Positions 55,701 through 64,000 of a stretch of 64,000 nt of DNA are shown one piece after another. Source of the DNA: the human T2T-CHM13v2.0 reference genome, Homo sapiens; assembly GCF_009914755.1 (NCBI RefSeq), contig NC_060948.1. One strand, given 5' to 3'. The notes beneath the pieces were generated by a model. That model worked only from the letters and a program-made list of their open reading frames with translations, searched no databases and had not been told where the DNA came from. Made by a program: the position numbers and the translations under genes. Numbering within the stretch: position 1 is the first letter of the stretch; each line of letters opens with the position of its first letter.

Positions 55701-58700
55701 GTTGAGATAGAATGGAATGGACTCCTTTGGAATGGTGTAGTATGCAATGCAATCGACTGGCATGGAATCAAAAGGAATGTAATCGAATGGATTGGACTGG
55801 AATGCAATGGACTCGAATAGATTGGAAACGGAATGCAAAGGAATGGAATGGAATAGTATGGAATGGAATGGAAAGGAATGGATTGGAATAGACTAGAGTG
55901 GAATGGAATGGACTGGAAAGCAATGGAATGGAATGGAACTTTCTTGAATGGACTGGAATCAAACGGAATGGAATGCAATGCAATCAAATGGCATGGAATA
56001 AAATAGAATGAAAGAGAATCAAATGGAATTGAATCGAATGGAATCGAATGGATTGGAAAGGAATAGAATGGAATGGAATGGAATTGACTCAAATGGAATG
56101 GACTAGAATGGAATGGATTCGAATGGAAGGCAAAGGAATGGAATCTATTGGAATGGACTGTAATGGAATGGAATGGAAGGGATTGGAATGGACTCGAATG
56201 GAATGGACTGCAATAGAAAGGATTCGAATGGAATGAAAAAGAATTGAATGGAATAGAACAGAATGGAATGAAATCGAATGAAATGGAATGGAATAGAAAG
56301 GAATGGAATGAAATGGAATGGAAAGGATTCGAATGGAATGCAATCGAATGGAATGGAATCGAACGGAATGGAATAAAATGGAAGAAAACTGGCAAGAAAT
56401 GGAATCGAAATGAATGGAGTGTTATGGAACGGACTCAAAAGGAATTGAATATAATAGAATGGAGTGGAGTGGACTCGAATATAATGGACTGGAATGGAAT
56501 GAAATCACATGGAATGGGAACGAATGGAATGGAATGGAAAGGAATGGAATCGAATGGAAAGGAATCGAATGGAAGGGAATGAAATTGAATCAACAGGAAT
56601 GGAAGGGAATAGAATAGACGGTAATGGAATGGACTCGAATAGAATGGACACGAATGCTCAAATTGAATGGACTCGAATGGAATGGAAAAGAAAGGAATGT
56701 CATCGAATGGAATTGAATCGATTGGAATGAAATCACTTAGAATCGAGTGGAATCAAATGGAATTGAATCGAAAGGAAAGGAAGCGAATGGACTGAAATGA
56801 AATGGAATGGAATTGAATGGAAAGTAATGCAATGGAATAGAATGGAACGAAATTTCACGGAATGGAATCAAACTGAATGGAATCAAATCAATGGAATCTA
56901 ATCAAATGGAATGGAAAGGAATTGAATGGAGTAGATTGGATTGGATGGGATTGGAATGAAATGTACTGGAAAGGACTCGAATTTCATGAAACGGAATGGA
57001 ATGAATTGGAACGGAATGGACTCGAATGGAATGGAATGTCATGGAATGGCATCAAATGGAATGGCATCAAATGGAATGGAATCGAATGCAATGGAATGTT
57101 ATGGAATGGAATGGAATGCATTGGAATGGAATGTCCTCTAATGGAATGGATTCGAGTGGAATGGAATCGAATATAATGGAGTCGAATGAAATGGAATTGA
57201 AAGGAATGGGATCGAATACAATAGAATATACTGGAATGTAATGTAATGAACTCGAATGTAATTGACTGGAATGGAATGTACATGAATGGAATGTAATCGA
57301 ATGGAAAGTAATCCAATGGAATAGAATCTAATGCAATAAAACCGACTCAGATAGAGTAGAATGTAATGGAATGGAGTGCAGTGCTATGGTATGGAATGGA
57401 ATTGAATGCAATGGAATGGAATGGAATGGAATGGAATGGAATGGAATGGAATGGAATGGAATGGGATGGAATGGTATGGAATGGATAGTAATGGACTGGA
57501 GTGAAATGGACTGGAAAGGAATGGACTCAAATTGAAAGGGCTCGAAAGGAATGGAGTCAAATGGAATGGTCTGGAATGGAATGAACACGAATGTAATGCA
57601 ACCCAATAGAATGGAATCGAATGGCATGGAATATAAAGAAATGGAATCGAAGAGAATGGAAACAAATGGAATGGAATTGAATGGAATGGAATTGAATGGA
57701 ATGGGAACGAATGGAGTGAAATTGTATGCAGTAGAAGAGAATAGAATGGAATGCAAGCGAAAGGAAAGGAATGGATTGGAATGGAATGGAATTCATTGGA
57801 ATGGAAGGGAATGTAGTGTAATGGACAGGCCTGGAATAAAGTGGAATGCTACGGTCTCGAATGGAATAAAAATGTATGGAATGGAATGCAATGAAACGGA
57901 ATCGAATGTCATAGAATGTAATGGAATGCAAAAAAATGGAATCCAAAATCATTGACTGGAAAGGCTGGGTGTCGAAAGGAATTGACTCCAATGGAATGGA
58001 ATCGAATGGAATGGAAGTGAATAGAATCGAACTAAATCGAATGGAATGGAATTGATAGGAACGGAATGGAAAGGAATGCAATGATTTGGCATGGAATGGA
58101 ATCGAATGGCATCGAATGGAATGGAATGGAATGCAATGGAATGGAATGTATTAGAATGTAATGAACTTTAATGGAATGTACTCGAATGGATTCGACTGGA
58201 ATGGAATGTTCTGGAAGTGAATGGACTCCAATGGAATGGATTCAAAAGGAATGGAATCGTACGGAATGGAATCTAATGGAATGGAATTAAATGGAAATGA
58301 ATCAAATTGAATAGCACGGAATTGAATTGAATGGAATGGAATGCAATGGAATCTAATGAAACGGAAAGGAAAGGAATGGAATGGAATGGAATGGGCTGGA
58401 ATGGAAAGGAATCGAAACGAATGGAATGGAATCGAACTGAAGAGACTGGAATGGAATGCACTGGAATGGAAGGGAGTGTAATGGAAGGTTGTCGAAAAAA
58501 ATGGAATCGAATGGAATGGAATTGAATGGAACGGAATAGAGTCGAATGGAATTGAATGGAATGGAATGGACTAGAGTGAAATGGAATCGAACCACAAGGA
58601 ATGGACAGGAATAGAATGGTCTCGAATTGAATGGAATCGTATGGAATGGCATCAAACGGAATGGAATGGACAGCCACGGAATGGAATGCACTCGAATGCA

Positions 58701-59940
58701 ATGGAGTCGAAACAAATGGACTGGAATAGAATGGACTCGACTGGTACGGACTCCAATGGAATGGAATCGAATGGAAGGGAATCGAACGGAAGGGAATCGA
58801 ACGGAATGGACTCGAAGGGAAAAGACTGCAATGGAAAGGTCTCGAATGGAATGGAAATTAATGGAATGGAATGGAATCGAATGAAATGGAGTCAAAAGGA
58901 ATGGAATCGAATGGCAAGAAATCGAATGTAATGGAATCGCAAGGAATTGATGTGAACGGAACGGAATGGAATGGAATCCAAAGGAATGGAATAGAATGGA
59001 ATGGAATCGAATGGAAAGGACTCGAATGGAAATCACTCGAATAGAATGCAATTTAATAAAATAGGATCAAATGTAATGGAATGGAATGGAAAGGAATCGA
59101 AACGAAAGGAATGGAGACAGATGGAATGGAATGGAACAGAGAGCAATGGTATAGAATGGAATGGAATCATCTGGAATGGAATTGAATGGAATGGAATAAT
59201 ATGAAATGGAATGGAATGGAATGGAATGGAATGCCCTTGAATTAAATGGACTGGACTCGAACAGAGTGGAATGGAAAGTGTTGAGATAGAATGGAATGGA
59301 CTCCTTTGGAATGGTGTAGTATGCAATGCAATCGACTGGCATGGAATCAAAAGGAATGTAATCGAATGGATTGGACTGGAATGCAATGGACTCGAATAGA
59401 TTGGAAACGGAATGCAAAGGAATGGAATGGAATAGTATGGAATGGAATGGAAAGGAATGGATTGGAATAGACTAGAGTGGAATGGAATGGACTGGAAAGC
59501 AATGGAATGGAATGGAACTTTCTTGAATGGACTGGAATCAAACGGAATGGAATGCAATGCAATCAAATGGCATGGAATAAAATAGAATGAAAGAGAATCA
59601 AATGGAATTGAATCGAATGGAATCGAATGGATTGGAAAGGAATAGAATGGAATGGAATGGAATTGACTCAAATGGAATGGACTAGAATGGAATGGATTCG
59701 AATGGAAGGCAAAGGAATGGAATCTATTGGAATGGACTGTAATGGAATGGAATGGAAGGGATTGGAATGGACTCGAATGGAATGGACTGCAATAGAAAGG
59801 ATTCGAATGGAATGAAAAAGAATTGAATGGAATAGAACAGAATGGAATGAAATCGAATGAAATGGAATGGAATAGAAAGGAATGGAATGAAATGGAATGG
59901 AAAGGATTCGAATGGAATGCAATCGAATGGAATGGAATCG
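52780..59940 (+). repeat. Single-monomer tandem duplication, period 3,579 bp
   Basis: Private variants repeat at +3579: GAATATAATAG (~52868/56447), AAATCACTTAGAATCG (53151/56730), GTTGTCGAAA (~54908/58487), GAAACAAATGG (55130/58709), GGATTGGAATAG (~55880/59459). Ends are bracketed to within ~180 bp. Confidence 0.9.
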
Positions 59941-62900
59941 AACGGAATGGAATAAAATGGAAGAAAACTGGCAAGAAATGGAATCGAAATGAATGGAGTG
60001 TTATGGAACGGACTCAAAAGGAATTGAATGTAATAGAATGGAGTGGAGTGGACTCGAATATAATGGACTGGAATGGAATGAAATCACATGGAATGGGAAC
60101 GAATGGAATGGAATGGAAAGGAATGGAATCGAATGGAAAGGAATCGAATGGAAGGGAATGAAATTGAATCAACAGGAATGGAAGGGAATAGAATAGACGG
60201 TAATGGAATGGACTCGAATAGAATGGACACGAATGCTCAAATTGAATGGACTCGAATGGAATGGAAACGAAAGGAATGTCATCGAATGGAATTGAATCGA
60301 TTGGAATGAAATCGCATAGAATGGAGTGGAATCAAATGGAATTGAATCGAAAGGAAAGGAAGCGAATGGACTGAAATGAAATGGAATGGAATTGAATGGA
60401 AAGTAATGCAATGGAATAGAATGGAACGAAATTTCACGGAATGGAATCAAACTGAATGGAATCAAATCAATGGAATATAATCAAATGGAATGGAAAGGAA
60501 TTGAATGGAGTAGATTGGATTGGATGGGATTGGAATGAAATGTACTGGAAAGGACTCGAATTTCATGAAACGGAATGGAATGAATTGGAACGGAAGGGAC
60601 TCGAATGGAATGGAATGTCATGGAATGGCATCAAATGGAATGGCATCAAATGGAATGGAATCGAATGCAATGGAATGCTATGGAATGGAATGGAATGCAT
60701 TGGAATGGAATGTCCTCTAATGGAATGGATTCGAGTGGAATGGAATCGAATATAATGGAGTCGAATGAAATGGAATTGAAAGGAATGGGATCGAATATAA
60801 TGGAATATACTGGAATGTAATGTAATGAACTCGAATGTAATTGACTGGAATGGAATGTACATGAATGGAATGTAATCGAATGGAAAGTAATCCAATGGAA
60901 TAGAATCTAATGCAATAAAATCGACTCAGATAGAGTAGAATGTAATGGAATGGAGTGCAGTGCAATGGAATGGAATGGAATGGAATGCAATGGAATGGAA
61001 TGGAATGGAATGGAATGGAATGGAATGGAATGGGATGGAATGGTATGGAATGGACAGTAATGGACTGGAGTGAAATGGACTGGAAAGGAATGGACTCAAA
61101 TTGAAAGGGCTCGAAAGGAATAGAGACAAATGGAATGGTCTGGAATGGAATGAACACGAACGTAATGCAATCCAATAGAATGGAGTCGAATGGCATGGAA
61201 TATAAAGAAATGGAATCGAAGAGAATGGAAACAAATGGAATGGAATTGAATGGAATGGAATTGAATGGAATGGGAACGAATGGAGTGAAATTTTATGCAG
61301 TAGAAGAGAATAGAATGGAATGCAAGAGAAACGAAAGGAATGGATTGGAATGGAATGGAATTCATTGGAATGGAAGGGAATGTAGTGTAATGGACAGGCC
61401 TGGAATAAAGTGGAATGCTACGGTCTCGAATGGAATAAAAATGTATGGAATGGAATGCAATGAAACGGAATCGAATGTCATAGAATGTAATGGAATGCAA
61501 AAAAATGGAATCCAAAATCATTGACTGGAAAGGCTGGGTGTCGAAAGGAATTGACTCCAATGGAATGGAATCGAATGGAATGGAAGTGAATAGAATCGAA
61601 CTAAATCGAATGGAATGGAATTGATAGGAACGGAATGGAAAGGAATGCAATGATTTGGCATGGAATGGAATCGAATGGCATCGAATGGAATGGAATGGAA
61701 TGCAATGGAATGGAATGTATTAGAATGAAATGAACTTTAATGGAATGTACTCGAATGGATTCGACTGGAATGGAATGTTCTGGAAGTGAATGGACTCCAA
61801 TGGAATGGATTCCAAAGGAATGGAATCTTACGGAATGGAATCTAATGGAATGGAATTAAATGGAAATGAATCAAATTGAATAGCACGGAATTGAATTGAA
61901 TGGAATGGAATGCAATGGAATCTAATGAAACGGAAAGGAAAGGAATGGAATGGAATGGAATGGGCTGGAATGGAACGGAATCGAAACGAATGGAATGGAA
62001 TCGAACTGAAGAGACTGGAATGGAATGCACTGGAATGGAAGGGAGTGTAATGGAAGGTTCTCGAAAAAAATGGAATCGAATGGAATGGAATTGAATGGAA
62101 CGGAATAGAGTCGAATGGAATTGAATGGAATGGAATGGACTAGAGTGAAATGGAATCGAACCACAAGGAATGGACAGGAATAGAATGGTCTCGAATTGAA
62201 TGGGATCGTATGGAATGGCATCAAACGGAATGGAATGGACAGCCACGGAATGGAATGCACTCGAATGCAATGGAGTCGAAACTAATGGACTGGAATAGAA
62301 TGGACTCGACTGGTACGGACTCCAATGGAATGGAATCGAATGGAAGGGAATCGAACGGAATGGACTCGAAGGGAAAAGACTGCAATGGAAAGGTCTCGAA
62401 TGGAATGGAAATTAATGGAATGGATTGGAATCGAATGAAATGGAGTCAAAAGGAATGGAATCGAATGGCAAGAAATCGAATGTAATGGAATCGCAAGGAA
62501 TTGATGTGAACGGAACGGAATGGAATGGAATCCAAAGGAATGGAATAGAATGGAATGGAATCGAATGGAAAGGACTCGAATGGAAATCACTCGAATAGAA
62601 TGCAATTTAATAAAATAGGATCAAATGTAATGGAATGGAATGGAAAGGAATCGAAACGAAAGGAATGGAGACAGATGGAATGGAATGGAACAGAGAGCAA
62701 TGGTATAGAATGGAATGGAATCATCTGGAATGGAATTGAATGGAATGGAATAATATGAAATGGAATGGAATGGAATGGAATGGAATGCCCTTGAATTAAA
62801 TGGACTGGACTCGAACAGAGTGGAATGGAAAGTGTTGAGATAGAATGGAATGGACTCCTTTGGAATGGTGTAGTATGCAATGCAATCGACTGGCATGGAA

Positions 62901-64000
62901 TCAAAAGGAATGTAATGGAATGGATTGGACTGGAATGCAATGGACTCGAATAGATTGGAAACGGAATGCAAAGGAATGGAATGGAATAGTATGGAATGGA
63001 ATGGAAAGGAATCGAGTGGAATAGACTAGAGTGGAATGGAATGGACTGGAAAGCAATGGACTGGAATGGAACTTTCTTGAATGGACTGGAATCAAACGGA
63101 ATGGAATGCAATGCAATCAAATGGCATGGAATAAAATAGAATGAAAGAGAATCAAATGGAATTGAATTGAATGGAATCGAATGGATTGGAAAGGAATAGA
63201 ATGGAATGGAATGGAATTGACTCAAATGGAATGGACTAGAATGGAATGGATTCGAATGGAAGGCAAAGGAATGGAATCTATTGGAATGGACTGTAATGGA
63301 ATGGAATGGAAGGGATTGGAATGGACTCGAATGGAATGGACTGCAATAGAAAGGATTCGAATGGAATGAAAAAGAATTGAATGGAATAGAACAGAATGGA
63401 ATCAAATCGAATGAAATGGAATGGAATAGAAAGGAATGGAATGAAATGGAATGGAAAGGATTCGAATGGAATGCAATCGAATGGAATGGAATCGAACGGA
63501 ATGGAATAAAATGGAAGAAAACAGGCAAGAAATGGAATCGAAAGGAATGGAGTGTTATGGAACGGACTCAAAAGGAATTGAATGTAATAGAATGGAGTGG
63601 AGTGGACTCGAATATAATGGACTGGAATGGAATGAAATCACATGGAATGGGAACGAATGGAATGGAATGGAAAGGAATGGAATCGAATGGAAAGGAATCA
63701 AATGGAAGGGAATGAAATTGAATCAACAGGAATGGAAGGGAATAGAATAGACGGTAATGGAATGGACTCGAATAGAATGGACACGAATGCTCAAATTGAA
63801 TGGACTCGAATGGAATGGAAACGAAAGGAATGTCATCGAATGGAATTGAATCGATTGGAATGAAATCGCATAGAATGGAGTGGAATCAAATGGAATTGAA
63901 TCGAAAGGAAAGGAAGCGAATGGACTGAAATGAAATGGAATGGAATTGAATGGAAAGTAATGCAATGGAATAGAAGGGAACGAAATTTCACGGAATGGAA

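Larger units (their letters stand above)
1..64000 (+). repeat. DYZ1: Human satellite 3 (GGAAT/CATTC)n tandem array of ~3.56 kb monomers, most likely DYZ1 (Yq12 heterochromatin)
   Basis: Degenerate GGAAT pentamers run throughout, with the G/A-rich strand on + and no strand switch. The landmark GGACAGGCCTGGAATAAAG recurs 18 times, with spacings 3584, 3589, 3569, 3589, 3584, 3589, 3569, 3574, 3569, 3554, 3558, 3543, 3548, 3498, 3574, 3579, 3569. One HaeIII and one EcoRI site per ~3.56 kb unit is the classical description of DYZ1 (3,564-bp unit). HSat3 identity is certain; the DYZ1/Y assignment is by recognition. Confidence 0.93.

Noticed and set aside
68-63965. Several hundred ORFs of 60-313 aa on both strands (MEWNG- and IPFHS-rich), e.g. 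the 305-aa minus-strand ORF at 1997-2914
   Set aside because: (GGAAT)n has no stop codon in any frame on either strand, so long ORFs arise automatically. The ORFs overlap in all frames, have no recognisable domain and are freely frameshifted by 1-, 5-, 10- and 35-bp indels between units.
1-64000. CRISPR-like repeat/spacer array or other prokaryotic system
   Set aside because: There is no constant repeat alternating with unique spacers and no cas-like or other genuine ORFs. The non-consensus pentamers recur identically every ~3.57 kb.
1-64000. Interspersed DYZ2/HSat1B blocks, Alu or L1 insertions, or inversion points
   Set aside because: None seen. There is no AT-rich or Alu-like stretch, no A-run longer than about 7, and no switch to CATTC on the + strand.
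1-64000. HSat2 (CATTCGATTC-type) or telomeric repeat assignment
   Set aside because: Long runs of intact GGAAT and a 3.56-kb unit are HSat3-like. The HSat2-typical GAATCATCGAAT/ATCATC periodicity and TTAGGG arrays are absent.

Overview
The whole 64 kb window is one uninterrupted, single-orientation array of degenerate (GGAAT)n satellite (human satellite 3 type). It is organised as ~3.5-3.6 kb monomers: 17 complete units plus two partial ones. Each monomer carries one HaeIII/StuI site (AGGCCT) and one EcoRI site 39 bp upstream of it. This matches DYZ1 (HSat3, Yq12 heterochromatin); the assignment is from recognition, not a database search. I see no genes, RNA genes, transposons, DYZ2/Alu interruptions or inversions, and all ORFs are pentamer-translation artefacts. 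I did not find a new gene-encoded system. The informative signal is in the variant structure. There is a near-perfect 14,331-bp four-monomer tandem duplication with an internal AABB pattern, and two later single-monomer duplications (3,548 and 3,579 bp). Two monomer subfamilies switch near 30.5-30.85 kb, and mosaic monomers are present. A 15-bp duplication appears in two different registers, and each unit holds a hypervariable pure (GGAAT)n tract. Most monomers carry 2-3 perfect heat-shock elements, one of them subfamily-specific. Units are numbered from each GGCC: 758, 4342, 7931, 11500, 15089, 18673, 22262, 25831, 29405, 32974, 36528, 40086, 43629, 47177, 50675, 54249, 57828, 61397. Comparisons were made by eye, so some variants may have been missed.
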